From positions 8,275-72,274 of the forward strand of contig JACPRU010000078.1 in assembly GCA_016189835.1 (NCBI GenBank): 64,000 nt of DNA, read 5' to 3'. The notes beneath the pieces are model-generated. The model did not search any database and was not told the DNA's origin. It saw only the letters and a program-made list of their open reading frames with translations. A program made the position numbers and the translations under genes. The DNA is from Deltaproteobacteria bacterium. Lineage in GTDB: Bacteria > Desulfobacterota > Binatia > JACPRU01. Shown here piece after piece: positions 36,081 through 45,864 of the stretch (the first letter of the stretch is position 1; every line of letters starts with the position of its first letter).

Positions 36081-37334
36081 ATGCACCAGGCGCCGAAAGC
36101 GAAGCCCGCGACGCGCCCGGCGGCGAGCGCCGCGCCGGCGTGGGCCGACCCTCCGCGGTGGGCGACGCGGCTGCTCGCCGGCGGCGCGCTGGCGGGCATC
36201 GCGCTCGGGTCGGTCTCTACCTGGGTCCATTACCGGGTCACCTCCTCACACGGCGCGTACACGAGCTTCTGCAACGTCAACGCCACGATCAACTGCGACA
36301 CCGTGGTGACGAGCCCCCACGGTCTGCTGCTCGGCGTTCCCGTGTCCGTGTGGGCGGTCGGCTTCTACCTGGTGCTGCTCGGCCTGGCGCTGCGCGCCGG
36401 CGCCGGCGCGTCGCAGCGGCGCGACCGGGCGCGCGCCGACACCCTGGCCTGGGCGCTTGCCGGGTCGTCGTTTTCGGCGTATCTCGCCGCCATCTCGATC
36501 CTCGTCCTCAAAGCCGTCTGCCTGCTCTGCGCCGGGCTCTACGCCGTCAGCCTGCTCGCGCTCGGCGCGGCGTGGGCGCAGGCGTCCCCGGTCGGCGAGG
36601 CGATCCGGCGCGTGCTCGAGCGCTGGAACGCCGTGCGCCGCCGGCCGCTATTGGCCACCGCCGTGGCCGGGACCGCGGTCGGCGTGCTGGCGCTGTCGGG
36701 ATGGCTCGGCGCACAGACCCGGCTCACCCGCGAGCAGGTCTTCCGCAGCAGCCCGCAGTTCTACGACTGGTACACGAACCGGCCGATCATCGACACGCCG
36801 ATCGACGGCGGCTACGCGCAAGGCCCGCAGGACGCGCCGATCCGGCTCGTCGAGTTCTCCGACTTCGAGTGTCCGCACTGCGCGCAGGCCCACATGACGC
36901 TGAAGGACCTGCTGCCCCGCTACCGGGACCGCGTGCGCTTCACGTATCACCATTATCCGTTGAGCAGCGACTGCAATCCGTCGATGCAGCAGCGCGGCCA
37001 CGAGCACGCCTGCCGTGCGGCGGTGGCCGCCGACTGCGCGGCGCAGGCGGGGCGCTTCGCGCCCTACGCCAACCTGCTGTTCGCCAACCAGGGGGCGCTC
37101 GACGACGCGTCCCTGGTCTCCTACGCCGAGCAAACGGACCTCGACGTCGCGGTCTTCGAGCAGTGCATGCGCTCGCCCGCGCCGCTCGAGCGCATCAGCC
37201 AGGACGTTCAGCTCGCCGCGCGGCTCGGCATCCACTCGACGCCGACGTTCTTCCTCAACAACCGCCGGATCGAGGGCAACCTGACGTTCCAGAACTGGCT
37301 GTTCGCGTTCGCGGTCGAGCTCGACAAGGGCTGA
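36081..37334 (+). CDS. VKOR (vitamin K epoxide reductase) domain fused to a DsbA-like thioredoxin-fold domain
   Basis: 417 aa. The N-terminal membrane part carries CNVNATINCD and the CLLC pair. The C-terminal part has FSDFECPHCAQ (CxxC) and GIHSTPTFFLNN. Confidence 0.8.
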   Translation: MHQAPKAKPATRPAASAAPAWADPPRWATRLLAGGALAGIALGSVSTWVHYRVTSSHGAYTSFCNVNATINCDTVVTSPHGLLLGVPVSVWAVGFYLVLLGLALRAGAGASQRRDRARADTLAWALAGSSFSAYLAAISILVLKAVCLLCAGLYAVSLLALGAAWAQASPVGEAIRRVLERWNAVRRRPLLATAVAGTAVGVLALSGWLGAQTRLTREQVFRSSPQFYDWYTNRPIIDTPIDGGYAQGPQDAPIRLVEFSDFECPHCAQAHMTLKDLLPRYRDRVRFTYHHYPLSSDCNPSMQQRGHEHACRAAVAADCAAQAGRFAPYANLLFANQGALDDASLVSYAEQTDLDVAVFEQCMRSPAPLERISQDVQLAARLGIHSTPTFFLNNRRIEGNLTFQNWLFAFAVELDKG

Positions 37335-37380
37335 GCCCCGCGGGGCCGGAGGCGGCGCGGCGTCCGACCCCGCGGCGCGC

Positions 37381-38154
37381 TCAGCGGCCCTTCCACACGG
37401 GCTTGCGCTTGGCGGCGAACGCGCGTGGCCCCTCGACCGCATCCTCCGAGGCCCACAGGCGGGTCTCGGCCTCGAGGTGCGTGGCCATCGCTTCCTCGAC
37501 CGAGAGGTGGAGGCTCTGCATCGCCGCCTGCTTGCTCGCCTGAACCGAGAGCGGCGAGCACTCCAGGATCTCCCGCGCCCAGCGCTCGGCGGCGGGGAGC
37601 AGATCCTCGGCCGGCACCACCTCGTTCACCAGGCCGAGCCGCAGCGCTTCCTGGGCGCCGACGTGGCGGCCGGTCAGCATCATGCCCATGGCGACCTTCA
37701 GTGGAACGTGCCGCGGCAGGCGGTGCACGCCGCCGGCGCCGGCCATCAGGCCCACGCGCGGCTCGGGCACCCCGAAGCGCGCGTGCTCGGCGGCGACGAT
37801 CAGGTCGCAGGCGAGCGCGATCTCGAAGCCGCCGCCGAGCGCGAGGCCATTGACCGCCGCGATCAGCGGCTTGACCAGATCGAAGCGGCGGGTGATCGCG
37901 CCGAATCCGTTTTTGGGGAGCGTCGGCGCGCCGTGCGCGGCGGTCCACTTGAGATCGTTCCCCGCCGAGAACGCCTTGTCGCCCGCGCCGGTGACGATCG
38001 CGACCCAGGTCTCGGCGTCGGCGGCGAAATCGTCGAACACGCGGTCGAGCTCGTCGTGGCAGGGCGGATGCAGCGCGTTCATGACCTCCGGGCGGTTGAG
38101 GGTCACGTAGGCGATGCGGTCACGCTTCTCGTAGCGGATGAACTCGAGCTCCAT
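37381..38154 (-). CDS. enoyl-CoA hydratase/isomerase (crotonase) family protein
   Basis: 257 aa. VTLNRPEVMNAL, FSAGNDL and AAVNGLALGGGFEIALACD are present. Confidence 0.85.
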   Translation of the reverse strand: MELEFIRYEKRDRIAYVTLNRPEVMNALHPPCHDELDRVFDDFAADAETWVAIVTGAGDKAFSAGNDLKWTAAHGAPTLPKNGFGAITRRFDLVKPLIAAVNGLALGGGFEIALACDLIVAAEHARFGVPEPRVGLMAGAGGVHRLPRHVPLKVAMGMMLTGRHVGAQEALRLGLVNEVVPAEDLLPAAERWAREILECSPLSVQASKQAAMQSLHLSVEEAMATHLEAETRLWASEDAVEGPRAFAAKRKPVWKGR

Positions 38155-38181
38155 GCGTCCTCCCCGTCGTCGTTCCGCCGG

Positions 38182-39342
38182 TCACAGCCCGGCGTCGTGG
38201 AGCAGCTTCTCTAGCACAATCTCGGCGCGGAAATAGCTCTCGGCGATGGCGCGCGCCGCGTGGCAATGGCGGCGGTAATCGGCGTCCACCGCCTCGATCG
38301 CGGCCGCCGCGTCCTCGATCCCGCGGAACGCGAACAGCCCCTCGCCGGTCGGATAGAGCCGCGAGAACCCGGTGTCCTGCACCACCACCGGCTTGCCCAT
38401 CGCCAGGTAACAGGCGCTGCGGCAGCTGAACCAGCCGCTCGCGGTCGCCACGTAGGCTTCCTTGGCGACGCTCCACTCCGCGCGCGAGGCGGCGATGTAG
38501 TCGCGGTAGCGCTCCATGGTCGTCGAGCGCTCCGCGGCGTCGACGACGTGCCAGCCGTGCGCCGCCATCTCCTCCCTCGGCGCGGGGCCGGAGACGGCGA
38601 TCTCGAGCGGCGGCCGCACGCGCCCCGGCAGCGCCGCGAAGCGGCGGAACTCGACGTCCTTGGCGCCGTACACGCGGCCGCCGAGCACGGGCAGTGCGGG
38701 CTTGGTCTTCCACGACATCACGGTCGTGAAGCTCCGCGCCGCGGGGTCGAACCTCGCCGGCCAGTCCTCGAGCGTGATCGGCTGCCGCGTGGTCTTCCAC
38801 TCGACGCCGCAGCGCGGCACCCGGCACGACGCGTCGTTCATGTTCTCGCCCATCGTGAAGTAGGCGTCGTAGCTCCGGTAGGCACCGGGCCGGCTCTGCT
38901 GCGAGCGGTCGCCGGTCTCGGCCGCGAGCCACGCCGCCTGCGTGTACAACGGGTCGCTGTCGTAGCAGGCGAGAACGCGCGCGCCGCGGTAGCCGTCGCG
39001 CAGCCAGGCGGAGTCCGAGACGTTGAGGAACAGCTCCGCGCTCCGGCAGCGCGCGGCGATCTCCTGCTCGGACAGGCCGTGCAGCGTGCCGCGCGGGTCG
39101 CGGTACGCGAACGAATCGGCCATGCCGGGAACGCGGGACAACACGTCGCGCAGATGCCGCAGATTGTCGGCGGCCTCCTCCGTGAACGTGCCGAGGCGCG
39201 GGTTGTAGGCCCACTGCCCGGTGTCCTCGAGATACGTCACGCGACAGCCGAGCGCGACGAACCCCTTGACGAATTGCAGATAGTCCCAGGCCACGCCGCC
39301 GAGCGGGTAGGCGCCGATCAGCCCGGTGACGACGACCTGCAC
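38182..39342 (-). CDS. CgeB-like / Glyco_trans_1_2-type putative glycosyltransferase, paralogue B
   Basis: 386 aa. GTG 39342 shares one base with the upstream TAG (TAGTG). The C-terminus GWFSCRSACYLAMGKPVVVQDTGF...GEGLFAFRGIEDAAAAIEAV resembles the CgeB-type GT C-domain. It aligns by eye along its full length with the upstream gene. Confidence 0.6.
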   Translation of the reverse strand: MQVVVTGLIGAYPLGGVAWDYLQFVKGFVALGCRVTYLEDTGQWAYNPRLGTFTEEAADNLRHLRDVLSRVPGMADSFAYRDPRGTLHGLSEQEIAARCRSAELFLNVSDSAWLRDGYRGARVLACYDSDPLYTQAAWLAAETGDRSQQSRPGAYRSYDAYFTMGENMNDASCRVPRCGVEWKTTRQPITLEDWPARFDPAARSFTTVMSWKTKPALPVLGGRVYGAKDVEFRRFAALPGRVRPPLEIAVSGPAPREEMAAHGWHVVDAAERSTTMERYRDYIAASRAEWSVAKEAYVATASGWFSCRSACYLAMGKPVVVQDTGFSRLYPTGEGLFAFRGIEDAAAAIEAVDADYRRHCHAARAIAESYFRAEIVLEKLLHDAGL

Positions 39343-40493
39343 TACAACCCCGCCGCCTCGAGCATCGGGCCGAGCACGCGGACCGCCTCGAAGCTCTCGC
39401 GGGCGATCGCCCGGGCGGCCGCCGAGTGCGCGGCGTGGTCGGCGGCGACCGCGCGCACCGCGGCCACCGCTTCTTCCAGGCTCCGCACCGCGAATAGGCC
39501 CCGCCCGGTGGGGATCACGTCGCCGAAGCCGGTGTCCTGCAGCACCACCGGCCGTCCGGCGGCGAGGTAGCAGACGCTGCGGTCGCTGAACCAGCCGCTG
39601 CGCAGTCGCACGTTCATGTCCTTGGCCGCCGTGAACTCGCCCTTCGATTCCTGGATGTAGCGACGGTAGGTCTCGAAATCCATCGACACCTCGAGCGGCG
39701 GGCGGATCGCCCATCCCGCCGCGCGCAGCGCGCGCTCGTCCTGCGGCGCGCTCTGCACGTCCATCGCCAGCTCGAAGCGCTCGCCGCTGCGTCGCGGCAG
39801 GTCGAGGAACTTCCGCCACTCGAGGCTCTTGCGCCAATCATAACGCTCGCCGCGGAACTCCAGGTCGCGGCCGCTGGCGTCCCACTTGCCGATGGTGGTG
39901 AACGGCGCGTCGGCCGGTGTCCGCGAGCTTTCCCAGAAGTCGGTCACCACCGCGGGACGGCTCGGCCGCCAGGCGTATCCGCCGGTCGGCAGCGGGCTGC
40001 GCGGCGTGCCGACGTTCTCTCCGTAGGTGAAGAACAGGTTGTGATCGTCGAGCAGCTCGCGCCGTCCGGCGTCTCCCGCCGCGAGCTGGATCTGGGTGAA
40101 CGCCGGGTCGATGTCGAGGTAGATGCGCGCGGGCGGCAGCGGGCGATCGCCCAGCCGGTTGACGCCGGCGACGTTCAGGAACAGATCGGCCTCGGCGAAC
40201 AGCCGGCGCGTTCCCTCGGCCGAGAGCCCGTGATGGCGGTTGAGCGCCGCGTCCCAGAACACCCAGCGGCCGGCGAAACCGAAGCGCCCGAGGACCTCGC
40301 CGAGCCGCCGCACCCCGTACTCGTAGTCGAAGCCCGTGTCGCCGCTCAGCGGATCGTAGGCGTGCGGGTAGTACGCCGAGTCCTCGTAGAAGTACGCGTC
40401 GCAGCCGAGCCGGGCGAGACCGATCAGATAGTGCAGGGTCTGCCAGACGTACCCGCCGACCGGAAAGCGAACGAAATAGCCGGCGACGATCAC
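39342..40493 (-). CDS. CgeB-like / Glyco_trans_1_2-type putative glycosyltransferase, paralogue A
   Basis: 383 aa from GTG 40493 (the tail of ORF 39342..42281). Blocks shared with the downstream paralogue include FLNV, F(F/T)(Y/M)GEN, GWFSDRSVCYLAAGRPVVLQDTGF and RGLFAVRSLEEAVAAV. Confidence 0.6.
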   Translation of the reverse strand: MIVAGYFVRFPVGGYVWQTLHYLIGLARLGCDAYFYEDSAYYPHAYDPLSGDTGFDYEYGVRRLGEVLGRFGFAGRWVFWDAALNRHHGLSAEGTRRLFAEADLFLNVAGVNRLGDRPLPPARIYLDIDPAFTQIQLAAGDAGRRELLDDHNLFFTYGENVGTPRSPLPTGGYAWRPSRPAVVTDFWESSRTPADAPFTTIGKWDASGRDLEFRGERYDWRKSLEWRKFLDLPRRSGERFELAMDVQSAPQDERALRAAGWAIRPPLEVSMDFETYRRYIQESKGEFTAAKDMNVRLRSGWFSDRSVCYLAAGRPVVLQDTGFGDVIPTGRGLFAVRSLEEAVAAVRAVAADHAAHSAAARAIARESFEAVRVLGPMLEAAGL

Positions 40494-40516
40494 GCGCGGT
40501 CGACGCGCCACGCTCC

Positions 40517-42331
40517 TCACTCCGCCAGCGCCGGCAGCCCGCCGTCCTTCTCGCCGGCCTGCAGCCGGACCAGGCGCGCGAACCATCCCTGTCGCGCGAC
40601 GAGGTCCGCGTAGCGACCCTGCTCGACGACCCGTCCGTCGCGCACCACCACGATCGAGTCCGCGTCGCGCACGGTGGAGAGCCGGTGGGCGATGATGAAG
40701 ATCGTCCGGCCTTCCCGCAGCGTCCTCAGGCCGGCGACGAGCAACGCCTCGGTCTCGGCGTCCAGCGAGGCGGTCGGCTCGTCGAGAATCAGGATCGGCG
40801 CGTCGCGCAGCAGCGCCCGGGCGATCGTCAGCCGCTGCCGCTCGCCCTCGGACAGCGTGGCGCCGCCCTCGCCGATCTGCGTCTCCAGGCCCCGCGGCAG
40901 CCGCGCCAGGAACGGAGCGAGCTGCGCCAGCTCGGCCGCCCGCTCGATCTCGGCGGGCGAGGCGCCCGGCCGCCCGTAGGCGATGTTCTCGCGAACCGTC
41001 GCCGCGAACACGATCGGCGGCTGCAGCACCATGGCGATCCGGCCGCGCAGCGAGGCGAGCTGGAACTCGCGCAGGTCGCGGCCGTCGAGCAGCACCCGGC
41101 CGGCGCGCGGATCGTAGAAGCGCGGCAGCAGGCTGACGATCGTCGTCTTGCCGGCGCCGGTCGGACCCACCAGCGCCACCGACCCGCCGGCCGGCGCGAC
41201 GAACGAGACGTTCGACAGCACCGCTCGCCGGCCGTCGTAGGAGAAGCCGACGTCCTCGAAGCGCACCTCGCCGCGCAAGGCGCGCCGATCGAGGACGACC
41301 GGCCCGCTGTTCACCACCTCGGGAGCCTCGAGGATCTCGAACACCCGCCAGATGCCGGCCTTCGCTCCCTGGATCGTCCCGTAGGTCTGGCTGACCGCGC
41401 TCACCGGCGCGTACAGCGCGGCCACGTAGCCGAGGAAGACCAGCACGTCGCCGACGCTCATGTCGCCGGAGAGCACTCGCCAGGCGCCGAGCCACAGCAC
41501 CAGGCCGGTCCCGGCCGCGATCAGCGTGTTGACGACGCCGCCGTAGGCCGTCTGCACGAGGTAGAGGCGGCGGTTGGCGAGCAGGCTCGCCGAGCTCTGG
41601 TCGAGGAAGCGACGATGCTCGGCCTGCTCCTGGGTGAACGCCTGTACGACGCGGATCGCCGACAGGCCGTTCTGAACGATCGAGTACATGCCGCTCTCGA
41701 GCTCGCGCGCCGAGACCGACACGTCGCTGATGCGCCCACTCATGCGCCGGATCGCCGCATAGAGCACCGGACAGACGCCGAGCGCGACCAGCGTCAGCAC
41801 CCAGTCGAGGCGCGCCAGAACGACGGTCATGCCGCCGAGGAACATCGCCGCGCTGACGATCGGGAAGACGCCGTTCATGGTCAGCGTCTGCACCGCGTAC
41901 GTGTCGGCGGTCAGGCGATAGAGCAGGTCGCCGACCTGCCGGTTGGCGTGAAACGTGAGCGACAGCCGCTGCAGGTGCTGGTAGAGGTCGCTGCGCAGAT
42001 CGTTCACCATCCGCTGGCCGATGGTGATCGTCGTGCGGTTGTTCCAGTAGGAGAAGGCGCCGAGCAGGGCCTGCAACACCACCAGCGAGAACGCGCAGGC
42101 GGCCAGCATCGCCGGCTTGCCGAGTCCCGGGTCCAATCCGAGCGGCAGCGGCCGGTCGCCGAGCACGCTGTCGACGACGATCTTCAGCGGCCAGGGCCGC
42201 AGCAGATCGAAGACGCTCATGAAGAACACCTGCGCGAGCGCCAGCGCGAACGGCACGCGGTAGGGGCGCAGGTACTGCCACAGCCGCCTCGCCAGCGGCG
42301 GCCGGGCCGCCGTTTGCCGCGGGTCGCTCAC
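40517..42331 (-). CDS. ABC exporter, fused transmembrane and ATP-binding domains (MsbA/type I exporter-like)
   Basis: 604 aa. GTG 42331 overlaps the upstream TGA (GTGA). Six-TM N-domain, Walker A GPTGAGKTT, signature LSEGERQR and Walker B ILILDEPT are present. Confidence 0.85.
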   Translation of the reverse strand: MSDPRQTAARPPLARRLWQYLRPYRVPFALALAQVFFMSVFDLLRPWPLKIVVDSVLGDRPLPLGLDPGLGKPAMLAACAFSLVVLQALLGAFSYWNNRTTITIGQRMVNDLRSDLYQHLQRLSLTFHANRQVGDLLYRLTADTYAVQTLTMNGVFPIVSAAMFLGGMTVVLARLDWVLTLVALGVCPVLYAAIRRMSGRISDVSVSARELESGMYSIVQNGLSAIRVVQAFTQEQAEHRRFLDQSSASLLANRRLYLVQTAYGGVVNTLIAAGTGLVLWLGAWRVLSGDMSVGDVLVFLGYVAALYAPVSAVSQTYGTIQGAKAGIWRVFEILEAPEVVNSGPVVLDRRALRGEVRFEDVGFSYDGRRAVLSNVSFVAPAGGSVALVGPTGAGKTTIVSLLPRFYDPRAGRVLLDGRDLREFQLASLRGRIAMVLQPPIVFAATVRENIAYGRPGASPAEIERAAELAQLAPFLARLPRGLETQIGEGGATLSEGERQRLTIARALLRDAPILILDEPTASLDAETEALLVAGLRTLREGRTIFIIAHRLSTVRDADSIVVVRDGRVVEQGRYADLVARQGWFARLVRLQAGEKDGGLPALAE

Positions 42332-44880
42332 GCGCGCTTTCCAGGGGGAAACAGGTTCAGTTGCCGGGCGACGATCTCCAGGACGTCGTGCAGGATCTGG
42401 CCGAGGCGGTAGTTCTTGTAGAGCAGCAGACAGAGGTTCACGGCGCCGAGCGCGATCGCGAACTCGACCATCTCGCGCACCGAGAACAGCACCCCGGCGA
42501 CCACCAGCAGCGCGCAGGCGCCGAGCGTCAGCTTGGCGACGCCGGTCAGCCGCTGGCGGCACCGCACGCGCAGCAAGCGCTTGTTGCCGCCGTGGTTCTC
42601 CACCGCCACGGCGATCTCCGAGCGCGTGAACGCGCCGCGGTGGACCTCGATGTCCCAGTCGTTCCAACCGCGGTCGACGTCGATCAGGTACTTGCGGGGC
42701 AACAGGAAATCCATCAGGCCCTGGATGAGCCCCTCCTTCTCCATCGCCGCGTCGTTCCAGTAGCCGAGCCGGAACTCGGTGGCGAGCCAGCCCTGCGGGC
42801 GCTGGCGCGGCTCGGCGAAGCGCATCGGTTCGACGTCGGCGAGGCCGCGCAGCCGCCACTTGTAGCGCTCGTAGGAGCGCAGCAGCGGCCCGAGATAGAT
42901 GAGCAGCGCGAGCAGCGAGCGGCTCTGCCAGTCGTCGTAGCGCGGGTCGAGCCGGCGCGAGGAGGCGAGGGCCACGGCCGAGGCCCAGGAGATCGCCAGC
43001 GGCACGAACGCCGGAACCACGTAGCGTCCCGAGACCATCGCGCACAGGCCCAAGAACAGCGACACCGCGGCCCACTCGAGCGTGAAGGGGAGATACGACA
43101 GCAGCGAGCTGGGCGGCTCGTAGAGCGTCTGGAAGAGCCCTCGCCCGAAGGCGCCGTAGTAGATCACCGGCCGGCGCGACAGGAGCCCCGCCGGCGACTC
43201 ACCGTAGATGCGCCCGAGCCAGCGTGACTGGCCGAGCATGTTGAAGCGGTAGGGATGCTTGAAGTAGAGCAGCGCCTCGGCCTTGCCGTAGCCCCGCTGC
43301 TGGCGAAGATACGCGCCGACCGTGTTGCGCCGGAAGTGCCACACCATCGCCGCCGGGCTGAAGCCGATCTGCAGCCCGCGGTTCTGCAGGCGCCAGCACA
43401 GATCGACGTCGTCTCCGGCGGCGGTGAACACCGGATCGAAGCACTGGACCGCCTGCAACGCGTCGCGGCGGAACGCCATGTTGCAGCCCGGGATGTGCTC
43501 GGCCACGTCGTCGTTCACCAGCACGTGGGTCGGCCCGCCGGGGGCGACCGCGACGCACGCCGGCACGCGCAAATCCTCGGGCGGCGGCAGGTTCGGGCCG
43601 CCGGCGGCGACCCAGCCGTGGCGGACCATGGCGCCGATCAAGTACGTCAGCCAGTCGGGGTCGACCACGCAGTCCGAATCGGTGAACACGACGTACTCGC
43701 CGGTGGCGGCCCCGATCCCGACGTTGCGCGCCGTCGACAGCCCCCGGTTCTCCTGGTGGATGACCCGGAAGGGAAAGCGCCTGGCGATCTGCGCCGTCGC
43801 GTCCTTCGAGCCGTCGTCGACGACGATCACCTCGAAGTTCGGGTAGCGCAGCTGCAGCAGCGACTGCAGGCAGGCCTCCATGGTCGCTTCCGCGTCGTAG
43901 GCGCAGATCACCACCGAAGCCTTCGGCGGCGCGGCCAGCGGCGGCGGCAGCGCCCCGCCGTACAGATCGCGCACCGCGTAGTAGGCGGGCTTCGGCGTGC
44001 GCTCGCGAGTCACCAGGCCGAACGCCCAATCGCCGATCGCCGATCCGCCGGTGAACCATTCGTCCGTCCACGAGAACACGAACGTGCCAGCGGCTCCGCC
44101 CTCGAACGCCGCGCGGATCTGCCACGCCAGGACCTCGGCTTGCCGGCCGGCGCCTTCGCGGATCGAATCGATGCCGAACTCGGTCAGCACCAGCGGCTTG
44201 TCCTCGGCGAGGTTCTGCAGCCGCGACAGGTAGCGGCGAAACGCTTCCTCGCGGTGCAGGTAGACGTTGAAGCAGATGAAGTCCACGCAATCGACGTCGA
44301 GGTACTCCGTGGACGGGAAGTTGGCGTAGCTCACCAGCGCTTGCGGATCGATCTCGCGCACGTCCTGCGCCAGAGCGCTCAGGAAATCGCGCACGCGCCC
44401 CGGGCCGCACCAGCGCACCACGTCGGGCGGGATCTCGTTGCCGATCAGGTAGGCGAGAATCGCCGGATGGCCGGCGACGCCGCGCACGCCGTCGCGCACC
44501 AGCCGGTGGTTCGACTCGACGACCTCGGGGGCGTCCAGGAAGCACGTGTGCTGGGTCCAGGCGAGGCCGACCAGCACCCACAAGCCGTGCTCGGCGGCGA
44601 GATCGAGCAGCCAGCGCGGCGGCGGCGTGAACGTGCGCAGCGTGTTGGCGCCGAGGTCGCGGATGGCGGCGAAATCGCGCGCCGCCTGGTCCGGCCCGGG
44701 GAACGGCGTGCCGTCCGCTCCGGCCGCGAACGGGCCGTAAGTGACGCCGCGAACGAACACCTTTTCGCCGTTGTGGAAGAAGAACTTGCCGGCGACCCGA
44801 GGCCTGCCGGAGCGCGCCGCCCCGGGGGACTCCGAGACGGCCGCCGAGCGGGCTACGACCGCGAGATTCGCCTTCGCCAT
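42328..44880 (-). CDS. fusion protein: N-terminal TIM-barrel glycoside hydrolase domain + GT2 glycosyltransferase + C-terminal membrane region
   Basis: 850 aa. The GH part has LIGNEIP (acid/base NE) and LVLTEFG (nucleophile E). The GT2 part has VIVVDDGS, FTDSDC, AAGDDVDLCWRL and LRQQRGYG. Several hydrophobic helices follow after residue ~620. Confidence 0.8.
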   Translation of the reverse strand: MAKANLAVVARSAAVSESPGAARSGRPRVAGKFFFHNGEKVFVRGVTYGPFAAGADGTPFPGPDQAARDFAAIRDLGANTLRTFTPPPRWLLDLAAEHGLWVLVGLAWTQHTCFLDAPEVVESNHRLVRDGVRGVAGHPAILAYLIGNEIPPDVVRWCGPGRVRDFLSALAQDVREIDPQALVSYANFPSTEYLDVDCVDFICFNVYLHREEAFRRYLSRLQNLAEDKPLVLTEFGIDSIREGAGRQAEVLAWQIRAAFEGGAAGTFVFSWTDEWFTGGSAIGDWAFGLVTRERTPKPAYYAVRDLYGGALPPPLAAPPKASVVICAYDAEATMEACLQSLLQLRYPNFEVIVVDDGSKDATAQIARRFPFRVIHQENRGLSTARNVGIGAATGEYVVFTDSDCVVDPDWLTYLIGAMVRHGWVAAGGPNLPPPEDLRVPACVAVAPGGPTHVLVNDDVAEHIPGCNMAFRRDALQAVQCFDPVFTAAGDDVDLCWRLQNRGLQIGFSPAAMVWHFRRNTVGAYLRQQRGYGKAEALLYFKHPYRFNMLGQSRWLGRIYGESPAGLLSRRPVIYYGAFGRGLFQTLYEPPSSLLSYLPFTLEWAAVSLFLGLCAMVSGRYVVPAFVPLAISWASAVALASSRRLDPRYDDWQSRSLLALLIYLGPLLRSYERYKWRLRGLADVEPMRFAEPRQRPQGWLATEFRLGYWNDAAMEKEGLIQGLMDFLLPRKYLIDVDRGWNDWDIEVHRGAFTRSEIAVAVENHGGNKRLLRVRCRQRLTGVAKLTLGACALLVVAGVLFSVREMVEFAIALGAVNLCLLLYKNYRLGQILHDVLEIVARQLNLFPPGKRA

Positions 44881-45027
44881 CGCTCAAGATCGATTCGCAA
44901 TCGCGGTCATCGACGAGGCCGCTCAATCTACCAGACAGGGGTGGGGGTTCAAGCCGCGGCCGTGGGCGGCGCTGGCGCGTGGGACGCCGCGGTTGAACGG
45001 CGGCTTGCGATCTGTGAAGAAGGTGCC

Positions 45028-45420
45028 ATGGCGTTCCTCCATGCCAGGCACTTCACGCTGGAGGAGGCCCGAGTCGCGCTCGCCGAGGTCGGGCCGCTCA
45101 GCGAAGAGCTCGTCAACCTCAAGGAGACGCTCGACCGCTGGGGCTACGACGTTCGCCGCCATGGCTACTTCGGGGGCGCCGGGCCGAACGGCGAGAGCTA
45201 CTTCCCGCCCGAGCTCGAACGGCTGGTCGAGGTGCTGCGCCATCTCGAGGCGATCGGCGTCGTCGTCAAGGGCATCGACCACGGGCTGGTCGATTTCCCG
45301 CACGTGCGCCGCGGCGGCGAGGAAGTCTACCTGTGCTTTCGCGCCGGCGAAACCGACGTCGCCTACTGGCACTCGATCGACGAAGGCTTCGCCGGCCGCC
45401 GGCCGATCTCGGAGCTGTGA
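45028..45420 (+). CDS. DUF2203-family protein
   Basis: 130 aa from ATG 45028. HFTLEEARVAL...VVKGIDHGLVDFPHVRRGGEEVYLCFRAGETDVAYWHSIDEGFAGRRPI matches the DUF2203 pattern from memory. Confidence 0.65.
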   Translation: MAFLHARHFTLEEARVALAEVGPLSEELVNLKETLDRWGYDVRRHGYFGGAGPNGESYFPPELERLVEVLRHLEAIGVVVKGIDHGLVDFPHVRRGGEEVYLCFRAGETDVAYWHSIDEGFAGRRPISEL

Positions 45421-45421
45421 G

Positions 45422-45823
45422 GTGCCCACCGTCCGCTCGCTCGACCACCTCGTGCTGCGCGTCGGCGACCTCGACCGTTCGCTCGCGTTCTACCGGGGCC
45501 TGCTCGGTCTCGCCGTCGAGGGTCTCGAGGAGCACCGTCGTGGCGCCCGGCCGTTCGTCTCGCTGCGCGTCGGCGAGGCGCTGCTCGACCTCGTTCCCGA
45601 CCCGGCCCACGATCCGGCGACCGCCGCGTCCGGCGGGCTCCTGCACTTCTGCGTGACGCTCGCCGATCTCGGCGAAGCGATTCGCGAGCTGCGCGCCGCC
45701 GGCGTGGCGTTCCTGCACGACGCGCCGGTGCCGCGCGCCGGCGCCCGCGGCGTCGCACCGTCGATCTACGTGCGAGACCCCGACGGCTACGTCGTCGAGC
45801 TCAAGCAGGCGACGGACGCCTAG
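45422..45823 (+). CDS. VOC/glyoxalase-family protein
   Basis: 133 aa. GTG 45422 lies 1 nt after the upstream stop. LDHLVLRVGDLDRSLAFYRGLLGL and YVRDPDGYVVEL are glyoxalase-fold motifs. Confidence 0.75.
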   Translation: MPTVRSLDHLVLRVGDLDRSLAFYRGLLGLAVEGLEEHRRGARPFVSLRVGEALLDLVPDPAHDPATAASGGLLHFCVTLADLGEAIRELRAAGVAFLHDAPVPRAGARGVAPSIYVRDPDGYVVELKQATDA

Positions 45824-45828
45824 CCGCG

Positions 45829-45852
45829 AAAAAGGGGTCGGGAGTCTTTTCC
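45829..45852. repeat. REP-like element, left-arm-only half copy
   Basis: AAAAAGGGGTCGGGAGTCTTTTCC is identical to the left arm of the 25885 copy. No complementary arm follows; the tRNA-Leu 3' end lies 13 nt away. Confidence 0.7.
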
Positions 45853-45864
45853 TTCCTCGAGCAA

